64,000 bases of DNA from Eledone cirrhosa (taxonomy: Eukaryota), in NCBI GenBank assembly GCA_964016885.1, contig OZ024745.1, forward strand, positions 89,838,001 through 89,902,000. Direction: 5' to 3'. The number at the start of each line of letters is the position of its first letter. Within the stretch, counting starts at the first letter, position 1. Below the pieces are notes generated by a model that ran no database searches, had not been told where the DNA came from, and was given only the letters and a program-made list of their open reading frames with translations. Positions 1-16,700 of the stretch are shown one piece after another. A program made the translations under genes and the position numbers.

Positions 1-86
1 TATGACAGTATTCCATAGTTGTGTGGTATATTAATAGATGACAGTATTCCATAGTTGTGTAGTATATTAATAGATGACAATATTCC

Positions 87-322
87 ATATTGTTATACTT
101 TGGGGGGGTCATGTTGCCAATAAGAAACACACGCACCAGTTGCTTTCACTTTAATTTATTATAAATTAAATTTATAAGTTTAATCTATAATAAATTAAAG
201 TGAAAGCAACTGGTGCTTGTGTTTCTTATTAGCAACATGAACCTCCCAAAGTATAACAATATCGGTTTCAACACACGTTTTAAGATAAAGAATCTTGCTC
301 AACAAATTCAGAAACGAAATAT
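87..322. mobile_element. Fold-back fragment of Penelope-like element 3' end inserted in satellite (copy 1)
   Basis: Inverted arms spanning 87-262 plus ~60-bp tail; matches 59745-59887 and 63765-63900; AATATTCCATA on both sides (79-89, 318-328), partly overlapping element ends. Confidence 0.9.
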
Positions 323-941
323 TCCATAGTTGTGTGGTATATTAATAGTTGACAGTATTCCCTAGTTGTGTGGTATATTAATAGATGACAGTATTCCATA
401 GTTGTGTGGTATATTAATAGATGACCGTATTCCATACTTCTGTGGTATATTAATAGATGGCAGAATTCTATATGTGTGTGGTATATTCATAGATGACAGT
501 ATTCCATACTTGTGTGGTATATTAATAGATGACAGTATTCCATAGTCGTGTGGTATATTAATAGATTACAGTATTCCATAGTTGTGTGGTATATTAATAG
601 ATGATAGTAATCCATAGATGTGTGGTATATTAATAGATGATAATGTTCCATAGTTGTATGGTATATTAATAGATAATTATATTCCATAGTTGTATGGTAT
701 ATTAATAGATAACTCTATTCCATAGTTGTGTGGTATATTAATAGTTTACAGTATTCCATATTTCTGTGGTATATTAAAAGATGGCAGTATTCCATAATTG
801 TATGGTATATTAATAGTTGACAATGTTCCATATTTGTGTGGTATATTAATAGATGACACTATTCCATAGCTGTGTGGTATATTAATAGATGACAGTATTC
901 CATAGTTGTGTGGTATATTAATAGATGACATCATTCCATAG

Positions 942-1130
942 AGGGCGGAGGATTGGCCGTATCGGCGGAGGTTCGGACGCCATGCTTTCCAGCATAGTTA
1001 CGTCCCTTTACGATCTGAGTTCAAATCCCGCCGAGGTTGACTTTGCCTTTCATCCTTAAGGGTTCGATAAATTAAAGTACCATTAATGCACTGGTTAATT
1101 GCTGGCCTTGTGCCTAACGTAGAAATAATT
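942..1130 (+). mobile_element. tRNA-derived SINE (octopus-type) inserted in satellite
   Basis: B-box-like GAGTTCAAATCCC followed by GCCGAGGTTGACTTTGCCTTTCATCC; 9-bp TSD ATTCCATAG (933-941, 1131-1139); related copies at 32.2, 46.5 and 53.8 kb. Confidence 0.88.
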
Positions 1131-1528
1131 ATTCCATAGTTGTGTGGTATATTAATAGATGACAGTATTCCATAGTTGTGTGGTATATTAATAGATGACA
1201 GTATTCCATAGTTGTGTGGTATATTAATAGATGACTGTATTCCATAGTTGTGTGGTATGTTAATAGATGAAATTATTACATATTTGTATGGTATATTAAT
1301 GGATGATAGTATTTCATAGTTCTATGGTATATTAATAGATGACTGTATTCCATAGTTGTATGGTATATTAATAGATAAGTGTATTCATAGTTGTGTGGTA
1401 TATTAATAGATGGCAGTATTCCATATTTGTGTGTTATATTAATAGATGGCAGTATTCCATAGTTGTGTGGTATATTATAGATTACAGTGTTCATAGTTGT
1501 GTGGTATATTAATAGATGACAATATTCC

Positions 1529-1765
1529 ATATTGTTATACTTTGGGAGGGTCATGTTACCAATAAAAATCACACGCACCAGTTGCTTACACTTTAAATTA
1601 TTATAAATTAAATTCATGAATTTAATTTGTAATAAATAAAAGTGAAAGCTTCTGGTGCGTGTGTTTCTTATTGGCAACATGACCCTGCCAAATTATAACA
1701 ATATCGGTTTCAACACACGTTTTCAGATAAAGAATCTTGCTCAACAAATTGTAGAAACGAAATAT
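1529..1765. mobile_element. Fold-back Penelope-end fragment in satellite (copy 2)
   Basis: Same structure and same junction sequences as 87-322. Confidence 0.9.
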
Positions 1766-4700
1766 TCCATAGATGAGTGGTATATTAGTAGTTGACAGTA
1801 TTCCCTCGTTGTGTGGTATATTAATAGATAACAGTAATCCATAGTAGTGTGGTATATTAATAGATGACAGTATTCCATAGGTGTGTGGTATATTAATAGT
1901 TGACAGTATTCCATAGTTGTGTGGTATATTAGTAGATGACAGTATTCCATAGCTGTGTGGTATATTAATAGATGACAGTATTCCATAGTTGTGTGGTATA
2001 TTAATAGATGACTGTATTCCATAGTTGTGTGGTATATTAATAGGTGAAACTATTACATATTTATATGGTATATTAATAGATGACAGTATTCAATAGTTGT
2101 GTGGTATATTAATAGATGACAGTATTCCATAGTTGTATGGTATATTAATAGATGACAATGTTCCATAATTGTTTGGTATATTAATAGATGTCAGTATTCC
2201 ATAGTTGTGTGGTATATTAATAGATGACAATGTTCCATAATTGTGTGGTATATTAATAGATGACAGTACACCATAGTTGTATGGTATATTAATACATGAC
2301 AGTGTTCCATAGTTGTGTGGTATATTAATACATGACAGTGTTCCATAGTTGTGTGGTATATTAATAGATGACCGTATTCCATAGTTGTGTGGTATATTAA
2401 TAGATGACAGTATTCCATAGTTGTGTGGTATATTAATAGATGACAGTACTACATAGTTGTGTGGTATATTAATAGAGGAGAGTATTCCATAGTTGTGTGG
2501 TATATTAATAGATGACAGTATTCCATAGTTGTGTGGTATATTAATAGATGACAATGTTCCATAATTGTGTGGTATATTAATAGATGACAGTATACCATAG
2601 TTGTATGGTATATTAATAGATGACAGTATTCCATAGTTGTGTGGTATATTAATAGATAACAGTATTCCATAGTTGTGTGGTATATTAATAGATGACAGTA
2701 TTCCATAGTTGTGTGCGATATTAATAGATGACAGTATTCCATATTTGTGTGGTATATTAATAGATAAAGTATTCCATAGTTGTGTGGTATATTAATAGAT
2801 GACACTATTCCATAGTTGTGTGGTATGTTAATAGATAATAGTAATCCATAGTTGTGTGGGATATTAATAGATGACAGTATTCCATAGTTGTATAGTATAT
2901 AAATAGATGACACTATTCCATAGTTGTGTGGTATATTAATAGATGGCAGTATTCCATAATTGTGTGGTATATAAATAGATGACAGTATTCCATAGTTGTG
3001 TGGTATATTAATAGATGGCAGTATTCCATAGTTGTGTGTTATATTAATAGATGACACTATTCCATAGTTGTGTGGTATATTAATAGATGGCAGTATTCCA
3101 TAGATGTGTGGTATATTAATAGATGAAACTATTCCATAGTTGTGTGTTATATTAATAGATGGCAGTATTCCATACTTGTGGGTATATTAATAGATGGCAG
3201 TATTCCATAGTTGTGTGGTATATTAATAGATGAAACTATTCCATAGTTGTGTGGTATATTAATAGATGACAATGTTCCATAATTGTGTGGTATATTAATA
3301 GATGACAGTACACCATAGTTGTATGGTATATTAACACATGACAGTGTTCCATAGTTGTGTGGTATATTTATACATGACAGTGTTCCATAGTTGTGTGGTA
3401 TATTAATAGATGACCGTATTCCATAGTTGTGTGGTATGTTAATAGAAGATAGTAATCTATAGTTGTGTGGGATATTAATAGATGACAGTATTCCATAGTT
3501 GTGTGGTATATTAATAGATGACACTATTCCATAGTTGTGTGGTATATTAATAGGTGACACTATTCCATAGCTGTGTGGTATATTAATAGATGACAGTATT
3601 CCATAGTTGTGTGGTATATTAATAGATAACAGTATTCCATAGTTGTGTGGTATATTAATAGATGACAGTATTCCATAGTTGTGTGCTATATTAATAGATG
3701 ACAGTATTCCATAGTTGTGTGGTATATTAATATATAAGAGTATTCCATAGTTGTGTGGTATATTAATAGATGACACTATTCCATAGTTGCGTGGTATATT
3801 AATAGATGACAGTATTCCATAGTTGTGTGGTATGTTAATAGATGATAGTAAACCATAGTTGTGTGGGATATTAATAGATGACAGTATTCCATAGTTGTAT
3901 AGTATATTAATAGATGGCAGTATTCCATAATTGTGTTGTATATAAATAGATGACAGTATTCCATAGTAGTTTGGTATAGTAATAGATAAGAGTATGCCAT
4001 AGTTGTGTGGTATGTTAATAGATGACACTATTCCATAGTTGTGTGGTATATTAATAGATGAGTGTTCCATAGTTGTGTGGTATATTAATAGCTAAGAGTA
4101 TTCCATAGTTATGTGGTATATTAATAGATGGCAGTATTCCATAGTTGTGTGTTATATTAATAGATAACACTATTCCATAGTTGTGTGGTATATTAATAGA
4201 TGGCAGTATTCCATAGTTGTGTGGTATATTAATAGATGAAGCTATTCCATAGTTGTGTGTTATATTAATAGATGGCAGTATTCCATACTTGTGTGGTATA
4301 TTAATATTTGACAGTATTGCATAGTTGTGTGGTATATTAATAGATGACACTATTCCATAGTTGTGTGGTAAATTAATAGATGACATTATTCCATAGTGGT
4401 GTGGTATATAAATAGATGACAGTATTCCATAGTTGTGTGGTATATTAATAGATGACAGTATTCCATAGTTGTGTGGTATATTAATAGTTGACCGTATTCC
4501 ATAGTTGTGTGTTATATTAATAGTTGACAGTATTCCATAGTTGTGTGGTATATTAATAGATGACAGTATTCCATAGTTGTATGGTATATTAATAGATGAC
4601 AGTATTCCATAGTTGTGTGGTATATTAATACATAACAATATTCCATAGTTGTGTCGTATATTAATAGTTGACAGTATTCCATAGTTATATGGTATATTAA

Positions 4701-7700
4701 TAGATGACATTATTCCATATATGTGTGGTATATTAATAGATGGCAGTATTCCATATTTATGTGGTAAGTTAATAGATGACAGAATTCCAGAGTTGTATGG
4801 TATATTCATAGATAAATGTATCCCATAGTTGTGTGCTATATTCATAGATTACAATATACCATAGTTTATGTTATATTAATAGATGACAGTATTCCATATT
4901 TGTATGGTATATTAATAGATGGCTGTATTCCATAATTGTGTGGAATATTAATAGATGACAGTATTCCATGGTCGTGTGGTATATTAATAGATGACAGTAT
5001 TCCATAGTTGTGTGGTATATTAATAGATGGCAATATTCAATAGTTGTGTGGTATATTAATAGATGACAGTATTCCATAGTTGTGTGTTATATTAATAGAT
5101 GACTGTATTCGATAGTTGTATGGTATACTAATAGATGACAGTATTCCATAGTTGTGTGGTATATTAATAGATGACAGTATTCCATGGTTGTGTCGTATAT
5201 TAATAGATGACAGTATTCCATACTTGTGTGGTATATTAATATTTGACAGTATTCCATATTTGTGTGGTATATTAATAGAGGACAGTATTCCATAGTTGTG
5301 TGGTATATTAATAGATGACAGTATTCTATATTTTTCTGGTATATTAATAGATGACAATGTTCCGTAATTGTTTGGTATATTAATAGATGACAGTATACCA
5401 TAGTTGTATGGTATATTAATAGATGACACTATTCCATAGTTGTGTGGTATCTTAATATATGGCAGTAGTCCATAGTTATCTGTTATATAAATAGATGGCA
5501 GTATTCCATAGTTGTGTGGTATATTAATAGATGGCAGTATTCTATATCTGTGTGGTATATAAATAGATGACAGTATTCCATAGTTGTGTGGTATATTAAT
5601 AGATGATAGTATTTCATAGTTGTGTGGTATGTTAATAGATGATAGTAATCCATAATTGTGTGGTATATTAATAGATTACAGTATTCCATAGTTGTGTGGT
5701 ATATTAATAGATTACAGTATTACATAGTTGTGTGGTATATTAACAGATGACAGTATACCATAGTTGTATGGTATATTAATAGATGACACTATTCCATAGT
5801 TGTGTGGTATATTAATAGATGACAATGTTCCATAATTGTGTGGTATATTAATAGATGACAGTACACCATAGTTGTATGTTTTATTAACACATGACAGTGT
5901 TCCATAGTTATGTGGTATGTTAATAGAAGATAGTAATCCATAGCTGTGTGGGATATTAATAGATGACAGTATTCCATAGTTGTGTTGTATATTAATAGAG
6001 GAGAGTATTCCATAGTTGTGTGGTATATTAATAGATGATAGTATTCCATATTTGTGTGGTATATTAATAGATAACAGTATTCCATAGTTGTGTGGTATAT
6101 TAATAGATGACACTATTCCATAGTTGTGTGGTATATTAATAGATGACAGTATTCCATAGTTGTGTGGTATGTTAATAGATGATAGTAAACCATAGTTGTG
6201 TGGGATATTAATAGATGACAGTATTCCATAGTTGTATAGTATATTAATAGATGACACTATTCCATAGTTGTGTGGTATATTTATAGATGGCAGTATTCCA
6301 TAATTGTGTGGTATATAAATAGTTGACAGTATTCCATAGTTGTGTGGTATATTAATAGATAAGAGTATTCCATAGTTGTGTGGTATATTAATAGATGACA
6401 CTATTCCATAGTTGTGTGGTATATTAATAGATGACAGTGTTCCATAGTTGTGTGGTATATTAATAGATGGCAGTATTCCATACTTGTGTGGTATATTAAT
6501 ATTTGACAGTATTGCATAGTCGTGTGGTATGTTAATGGATGACACTATTCCATAGTTGTGTGGTAAATTAATAGTTGACATTTTTCCATAGTGGTGTGGT
6601 ATATTAATAGATGACGGTATTCCATATTTGTGGGTATATTAGTAGATGGCAGTATTCCATAGTCGTGTGGTATATAAATAGATGACAGTATTCCATAGTT
6701 GTGTGGTATATTAATAGATGACAGTATTCCATAGTTGTATGGTATATTAATAGATGACAGTATTCCATAGTTGTGTGGTATATTAATAGATGACAGTATT
6801 CCATACTTGTGTGGTATATTAATATGTGACAGTATTGCATATTTGTGTGGTATATTAATAGATGACAATATTCCATAGTTGTGTGGTATATTAATAGATG
6901 GCAGTATTCCATAATTGTGTGGTATATTAATAGATGGCAGTATTCCATAGTTGTGTGGTATATTAATAGATGGCAGTATTCCATAATTGTGTGGTATATT
7001 AATAGTTGACCGTATTCCATAGTTGTGTGTTATATTAATAGTTGACAGTATTCCATAGTTGTGTGGTATATTAATAGATGACAGTATTCCATAGTTGTGT
7101 GGTATATTAATAGATGACAGTATTCCATACTTGTGTGTTATATTAATTGATGGCAGTATTCCATAGTTGTGTGGTATGTTAATAGATGACAGAATTCCAG
7201 AGTTGTATGGTATATTAATAGATAAATGTATCCCATAGTTGTGTGCTATATTCATAGATTACAATATACCAGAGTTTATGTTATATTAATAGATGACAGT
7301 ATTCCATATTTGTATGGTATATTAATAGATGGCAGTATTCCATAATTGTGTGGAATATTAATAGATGACAGTATTCCATGGTCGTGTGGTATATTAATAG
7401 ATGACAGTATTCCATAATTGTGTGGTATATTAATAGATGGCAGTATTCAATATTTGTGTGGTATATTAATAGATGACAGTATTCCATAGTTGTGTGTTAT
7501 ATTAATAGATGACTGTATTCGATAGTTGTATGGTATACTAATAGATGACAGTATTCCATAGTTGTGTGGTATATTAATAGATGACAGTATTCCATGGTTG
7601 TGTCGTATATTAATAGATGACAGTATTCCATACTTGTGTGGTATATTAATATTTGACAGTATTCCATAGTTGTGTGGTATATTAATAGAGGACAGTATTC

Positions 7701-10700
7701 CATAGTTGTGTGGTATATTAATAGATGACAGTATTCTATATTTTTCTGCTATGTTAATAGATGACAATGTTCCATAATTGTTTGGTATATTAATAGATGA
7801 CACTATACCATAGTTGTGTGTTATCTTAATAGATGGCAGTAGTCCATAGTTGTCTGTTATATAAATAGATGGCAGTATTCCATAGCTGTGTGGTATATTA
7901 ATAGATTACACTATTCCATAGTTGTGTGGTATATTAATAGATGGCAGTATTCCATAGTTGTGTGGTATATTAATAGATGACAATGTTCCATTATTGTGTG
8001 GTATGTTAATAGATGATAGTAATCCATAGTTGTGTGGTATATTAATAGATAACTGTATTCCATAATTGTGTGGTATATTAATAGATTACAGTATTCCATA
8101 GTTGTGTGGTATATTAACAGATGACAGTATACCATAGTTGTATGGTATATTAATAGATGACACTATTCCATAGTTGTGTGGTATATTAATAGATGAAAGT
8201 ATTCCATAATTGTGTGGTATGTTAATAGATGATAGTAATCCATAGTTGTGTGGTATATTAATAGATGATAGTATTCCATAGTTGTATGGTATATTAATAG
8301 ATGGCAGTATTCCATAGTTGTATGGTATATTAATAGATGGCAGTATTCCATAGTTGTGTGGTATATTAATAGATGGCAGTATTCCATAGTTGTGTGGTAT
8401 ATTAATAGATGGCAGTATTCCATAGTTGTGTGGTATATTAATAGATGGCAGTATTCCATAGTTGTGTGGTATATTAATAGATGACAGTAGTCCATAGTTG
8501 TGTGGTATATTAATAGATGACAGTATTCCATACTTGTGTGGTATATTAATATTTGACAGTATTGCATAGTTTTGTTTTTATATTAATAGATGACAATATT
8601 CCATAGTTGTGTGGTATATTAATAGTTGACAGTATTCCATAGTTGTATGGTATATTAATAGATGACATTATTCCATATGTGTGTGGTATATTAATAGATG
8701 GCAGTATTCCATAGTTGTGTGGTATGTTATTAGATGACAGAATTCCAGATTTGTATGGTATATTAATAGATAAATGTATCCCATAGTTGTGTGCTATATT
8801 CATAGATTACAATATACCATAGTTTATGTTATATTAATAGATGACAGTATTCCATATTTGTATGGTATATTAATAGATGGCAGTATTGCAAAATTGTGTG
8901 GAATATTAATAGATGACAGTATTCCATAGTCGTGTGGTATATTAATAGATGACAGTATTCCATAGTTGTGTGGTATAATAATAGATGGCAGTATTCAATA
9001 GTTGTGTGGTATATTAATAGATGACAGTATTCCATAGTTGTGTGTTATATTAATAGATGACTGTATTCGATAGTTGTATGGTATACTAATAGATGACAGT
9101 ATTCCATAGTTGTGTGGTATATTAATAGGTGACAGTATTCCATGGTTGTGTCGTATATTAATAGAAGACAGTATTCCATACTTGTGTGGTATATTAATAT
9201 TTGACATTATTCCATAGTTGTGTGGTATATTAATAGAGGACAGTATTCCATAGTTGTGTGGTATATTAGTAGATGACAGTATTCTATATTTGTCTGGTAT
9301 GTTAATAGATGACAATGTTCCATAATTGTTTGGTATATTAATAGATGACAGTATACCATAGTTGTATTGTATATTAATAGATGACACTATTCCATAGTTG
9401 TGTGGTATCTTAATAGATGGCAGTAGTCAATAGTTGTCTGTTATATAAATAGATGGCAGTATTCCATAGTTGTGTGGTATATTAATAGATTACACTATTC
9501 CATAGTTGTGTGGTATATTAATAGATGGCAGTATTCCATAGTTGTGTGGTATATTAATAGATGACAATGTTCCATAATTGTGTGGTATGTTAATAGATGA
9601 TAGTAATCCATAGTTGTGTGGTATATTAATAGATAACTGTATTCCATATTTGTGTGGTATATTAATAGATTACAGTATTCCATAGTTGAGTGGTATATTA
9701 ACAGATGACAGTATACCATAGTTGTATGGTATATTAATAGATGACACTATTCCATAGTTGTGTGGTATATTAATAGATGGCAGTATTCCATATTTGTGTG
9801 GTATATTAATAGATGGCAGTATTCCATAGTTGTGTGGTATATTAATAGATGGCAGTATTCCATAGTTGTGTGGTATATTAATAGATGACAGTAGTCCATT
9901 GTTGTGTGGTATATTAATAGATGACAGTATTCCATACTTGTGTGGTATATTAATATTTGACAGTATTGCATAGTTTTGTTTTTATATTAATAGATGACAA
10001 TATTCCATAGTTGTGTGGTATATTAATAGTTGACAGTATTCCATAGTTGTATGGTATATTAATAGATGACATTATCCATAGTTGTGTGGTATATTAATAG
10101 ATGGCAGTATTCCATAGTTGTGTGGTATATTGATAGATTACAGTATTCCATAGTTGTATCGTATATTAATAGATGTCCATATTCCATAGTTGTATGGTAT
10201 ATTAATAGATGACAGTATTCCAGAATTGTATGGTATAATAATAGCTAACTGTATCCCATAGTTGTGTGCTATATTTATAGATTACAATATACAATAGTTT
10301 GTGTTATATTTATAGATGACAGTATTCCATATGTGTATGGTATATTAATAGATGGCAGTATTCCATAATTGTGTGGTATATTAATAGATGACAGTATTCC
10401 ATAGTCGTGTGGTATATTAATAGATGACAGTATTCCATAGTTGTGTGGTATATTAATAGATGACACTATTCAATAGTTGTGTTGCATGTTAATAGATAAG
10501 AGTATTCCATAGTTGTGTGGTATATTAATAGATGACAGTATTCCATAGTTGTGTGGTATATTAATAGATGACACTATTTCATCGTTGTGTGGTATATTAA
10601 TAGATGATAGTAATCCATAGTTGTGTGGTATATTAATAGATGACAGTATTCCATAGTTGTGTGGTATGTTAATAGATGATAGTAATCCATAGTTGTGTGG

Positions 10701-13700
10701 TATATTAATAGATGACACTATTCCATAGTTGTGTGGGATATTAATAGATGACAGTATTCCATAGTTGTATAGTATATTAATAGATGACACTATTCCATAG
10801 TTGTTTGGTATATTAATAGATGGCAGTATTCCATAATTGTGTGGTATATAAATAGATGACAGTATTCCATAGTTGTGTGGTATATTAATAGATAAGAGTA
10901 TTCCATAGTTGTGTGGTATATTAATAGATGACACTATTCCATAGTTGTGTGGTATATTAATAGATGACAGTATTCCATAGTTGTGTGGTATATTAATAGA
11001 TAAGAGTATTCCATAGTTGTGCGGTATATTAATAGATGGCAGTATTCCATAGTTGAGTGTTATATTAATAGATAACACTATTCCATAGTTGTGTGGTATA
11101 TTAATAGATGGCAGTATTCCATAGTTGTGTGGTATATTAATAGATGAAACTATTCCATAGTTGTGTGTTATATTAATAGATGGCAGAATTCCATACTTGT
11201 GTGGTATATTAATATTTGATAGTATTGCATAGTTGTGTGGTATATTAATAGATGACACTATTCCATATTTGTGTGGTATATTAATAGATGACACTATTCC
11301 ATAGTTGTGTGGTATATTAATAGATGACTGTATTCCATAGTTGTGGGTATATTAATAGATGGCAGTATTCCATAGTTGTGTGGTATATAAATAGATGACA
11401 GTATTCCATAGTTGTGTGGTATATTAATAGATGACAGTATTCCATAGTTGAATGGTATATTAATAGATGACAGTATTCCATAGTTGTGTGGTATATTAAT
11501 AGATGACAGTATTCCATAATTGTGTGGTATATTAATAGATGGCAGTATTCCATAGTTGTGTGGTATATTAATATTTGACAGTATTGCATAGTTGTGTGGT
11601 ATATTAATAGATGACAATATTCCATAGTTGTGTGGTATATTAATAGATGACAGTATTCCATATCTGTGTGGTATATTAATAGTTGGCAGTATTCCATAAT
11701 TGTGTGGTATATTAATAGTTGACCGTATTCCATAGTTGTGTGTTATATTAATAGTTGACAGTATTCCATAGTTGTGTGGTATATTAAGAGATGACAGTAT
11801 TCCATAGTTGTGTGGTGTATAAATAGATGACAGTTTTCCATACTTGTGTGGTATATTAATATTTGACAGTATTGCATAGTTGTGTGGTATATTAATAGAT
11901 GACAATATTCCATAGTTGTGTGGTATATTAATAGTTGACAGTATTCCATAGTTGTATGGTATATTAATAGATGACATTATTCCATATATGTGTGGTATAT
12001 TAATAGATGGCAGTATTCCATAGTTGTGTGGTATATTGATAGATGACAGTATTCCATAGTTGTATTGTATATTAATAGATGTCCATGTTACATAGTTGTT
12101 TGGTATATTAATAGATGACAATATTCCATGGTCGTGTGGTATATTAATAGATGACAGTATTCCGTAGTTGTGTGGTATATTAATAGATGGCAGTATTCAA
12201 TAGTTGTGTGGTATATTAATAGATGACAGTATTCGATAGTTGTGTGTTATATTAATAGATGGCAGTATTCCATAATTGTGTGGTATATTAATAGATGACA
12301 GTATTCCATGGTCGTGTGGTATATTAATAGATGACAGTATTCCGAAGTTGTGTGGTATATTAATAGATGGCAGTATTCAATAGTTGTGTGGTATATTAAT
12401 AGATGACAGTATTCCATAGTTGTGTGTTATATTAATAGATGACTGTATTCGATAGTTGTATGGTATACTAATGGATGACAGTATTCCATAGTTGTGTGGT
12501 ATATTAATAGATGACAGTATTCCATGGTTGTGTCGTATATTAATAGATGACAGTATTCCATACTTGTGTGGTATATTAACATTTGATAGTATTACATAGT
12601 TGTGTGGTATATTAATAGATGACAGTATACCATACTTGTATGGTATATTAATAGATGACACTATTCCATAGTTGTGTGTGATATTAATAGATGACCGTAT
12701 TCCATATTTGTGTGGTATATTAATAGATGACACTATTCCATAGATGTGTGGTATATTAATAGATGATAGCATTCCATAGTTGTGTGGTATGTTAATAGAT
12801 GATAGTAATCAGTAGTTGTGTGGTATATTAATAGATGACAGTATTCCATAGTTGTGTGGTATATTAATAGGTGACGATGTTCCATAATTGTGAGGTATGT
12901 TAATAGATGATAGTAATCTATAGTTGTGTGGTATATTAATAGATTACAGTATTCCATAGTTGTGTGGTATATTAACAGATGACAGTATACCATAGCTGTA
13001 TGGTATATTAATAGATGAAAGTATTCCATAGTTGTGTGGTATGTTAATAGATGACAGTAATCCATAGTTGTGTGGTATATTAATAGATGGCAGTATTCCA
13101 TAGTTGTATGGTATATTAATAGTTGGCAGTATTCCATAGTTGTGTGGTATATTAATAGATGGCAGTATTCCATAGATGTGTGGTATATCAATTGATGACA
13201 GTATTCCATAGTTGTGTGGTATATTAATAGATGACAGTATTCCATAGTTGTGTGGTATATTAATAGATGGCAGTATTCCATATTTGTGTGGTATATTAAT
13301 AGATGACACTATTCCATAGTTGTGTGGTATATTAATAGATGGCAGTATTCCATAGTTGTGTTGTATATTACTAGATGACCCTATTTCATAGTTGTGTGGT
13401 ATATTAATAGATGACCGTATTCCATAGTTGTGTGGTATATTAATAGATGACAGTATTCCATAGTTGTTTGTCATATTAATAGATGACTGCATTCCATAGT
13501 TGTATTGTATATTAATAGATGGCAGTATTCCATAAATGTGTGGTATATTATTAGATGGCAGTATTCCATAGTTGTGTGGTATATTAATAGATGGCAGTAT
13601 TCCATAGTTGTGTGTTATATTAATAGATGACAGTATTCCATAGTTGTGTGGTGTATTAATAGATGACAGTATTCCATACTTGTGTGGTATATTAATATTT

Positions 13701-16700
13701 GACAGTATTGCATAGTTGTGTGGTATATTAATATATGACAATATTCCATAGTTGTGTAGTATATTAATAGATGACATTATTCCATAGTTGTGTGGTATAT
13801 TAATAGATGGCAGTATTCCATAGTTGTGTGGTATATTGATAGATGACAGTATTCCATAGTTGTATTGTATATTAATAGATGTCCATGTTCCATAGTTGTA
13901 TGGTATATTAATAGATGACAGTATTCCAGAGTTGTATGGTATATTAATAGCTAACTCTATCCCATAGATGTGTGCTATATTTATAGATTACAATATACCA
14001 TAGTTTGTGTTATATATATAGATGACAGTATTCCATATTTGTATGGTATATTAATAGATGGCAGTATTCCATAATTGTGTGGTATATTAATAGATGACAG
14101 TATTCCATATTTGTATGGTATATTATTAGATGGCAGTATTCCATAGTTCTGTGGTATATTAATAGATGACAGTATACCATAGTTGTATGGTATATTAATA
14201 CATGACAGTATTCCATAGTTGTGTGGTATATTAATAGATGACACTATTCCATAGTTGTGTGGTATATTAATAGATGACAGTATTCCATAGTTGTATGGTA
14301 TATTAATAGATGGCAGTATTCCATATTTCTGTGGTATATTAAAAGATGACAGTATTCCATAGTTGTATGGTATATTAATACATGACTGTATTCCATAGTC
14401 GTGTGGTATATTAATAGATGACAGTATTCCAGAGTTGTATGGTATATTAATATATAAATGTATCCCATAGATGTGTGCTATATTCATAGATTATAATATA
14501 CCATAGTTTGTGTTATATTAATAGATGTCAGTATTCCATATTTGTATGGTATATTGATAGATGGCAGTATTCCATAATTGTGTGGTATATTAATAGATGA
14601 CAGTATTTCATGGTCGTGTGGTATATTAATAGATGACAGTATTCCATAGTTGTGTGGTATATTAATAGATGGCAGTATTCCATAGTTGTGTGGTATACTA
14701 ATAGATGACAGTATTCCATAGGTGTGTGGTATATTAATAGAGGACAGTATTCCATAGTTGTGTGGTATAATAATAGATGACAGTATTCCATAGTTTTCTG
14801 GTATGTTAATAGATGACAATGTTCCATAATTGTTTGATATATTAATAGATGACAGTATACCATAGTTGTATGGTATATTAATAGATGACACTATTCAATA
14901 GTTGTGTGGTTTCTTAATAGATGGCAGTAGTCCATAGTTGTTTGTTATATAAATAGATGGCAGTATTCCATAGTTGTGTGGTATATTAATAGATTACACT
15001 ATTCCATAGTTGTGTGGTATATTAATATAAATGGCAGTATTCCATATTTGTGTGGTATATAAATAGATGACAGTAGTCCATAGTTGTGTGGTATATTAAT
15101 AGATGACCGTATTCCATATTTGTGTGGTATATAAATAGATGACAGTATTCCATAGATGTGTGGTATATTAATAGATGATAGTATTCCATAGTTGTGTGGT
15201 ATGTTAATAGATGATAATAATCCATATTTATGTGGTATATAAATAGATGACAGTATTCCATAGTTGTGTGGTATATTAATAGATTACAGTATTGCATAGT
15301 TGTGTGGCATATTAACAGATGACAGTATACCATAGTTGTATGGTATATTAATAGATGACACTATTCCATAGTTGTGTGGTATGTTAATAGATGATAGTAA
15401 TCTATAGTTGTGTGGTATATTAATAGATGATAATATTCCATAGTTGTGTGGTATATTAATAGATGGCAGTATTCCATAGTTGTGTGGTATATTAATAGAT
15501 GGCAGTATTCAATAGTTGTGTGGTATATTAATAGATGGCAGTATTCCATAGTTGTGTGGTATATTAATAGATGGCAGTATTTCATAATTGTGTGGTATAT
15601 TAATAGATGACAGTATTCAATAGTTGTGTGGTATATTAATAGATGGCAGTATTCCATAGTTGTGTGGTATATTAATAGATGGCAGTATTCCATAGTTGTG
15701 TGGTATATTAATAGATGACAGTATTCAATAGTTGTGTGGTATATTAATAGATGGCAGTATTCCATAGTTGTGTGGTATATTAATAGATGACACTATTCCA
15801 TAGTTGTGTGGTATATTAATAGATTACAGTATTGCATAGTTGTGTGGTATATTAATAGATTACAGTATTGCATAGTTGTGTGGTATATTAACAGATGACA
15901 GTATACCATAGTTGTATGGTATATTAATAGATGACACTATTCCATAGTTGTGTGGTTTATTAATAGATGACAGTATACCATAGTTGCGTGGTATGTTAAT
16001 AGATGATAGTAATCTATAGTTGTGTGGTATATTAATAGATGATAGTATTCCATAGTTGTGTGGTATATTAATAGATGGCAGTATTCAATAGTTGTGTGGT
16101 ATATTAATAGATGGCAGTATTACATAGTTGTGTGGTATATTAATAGATGGCAGTATTTCATAGTTGTGTGGTATATTAATAGATGACAGTATTCAATAGT
16201 TGTGTGGTATATTAATAGATGGCAGTATTCCATAGTTGTGTGGTATATTAATAGATGGCAGTATTCCATAGTTGTGTGGTATATTAATAGATGACAGTAT
16301 TCAATAGTTGTGTGGTATATTAATAAATGGCAGTATTCCATAGTTGTGTGGTATATTAATAGATGACTGTATTCCATAGTTGTATTGTATATTAATAGAT
16401 GGCAGTATTCCATAAATGTGTGGTATATTATTAGATGGCAGTATTCCATAGTTGTGTGGTATATTAATAGATGGCTGTATTCCATAGTTGTGTGGTATAT
16501 TAATAGAAGACAGTATTCCATAGTTGTGTGGTATATTAATAGATGACAGTATTCCATACTTGTGTGGTATATTAATAGATGACAGTATTCCATACTTGTG
16601 TGGTATATTAATATTTGACAGTATTGCATAGTTGTGTGGTATATTAATAGATGACAATATTCCATAGTTGTGGGGTATATTAATAGTTGACAGTATTCCA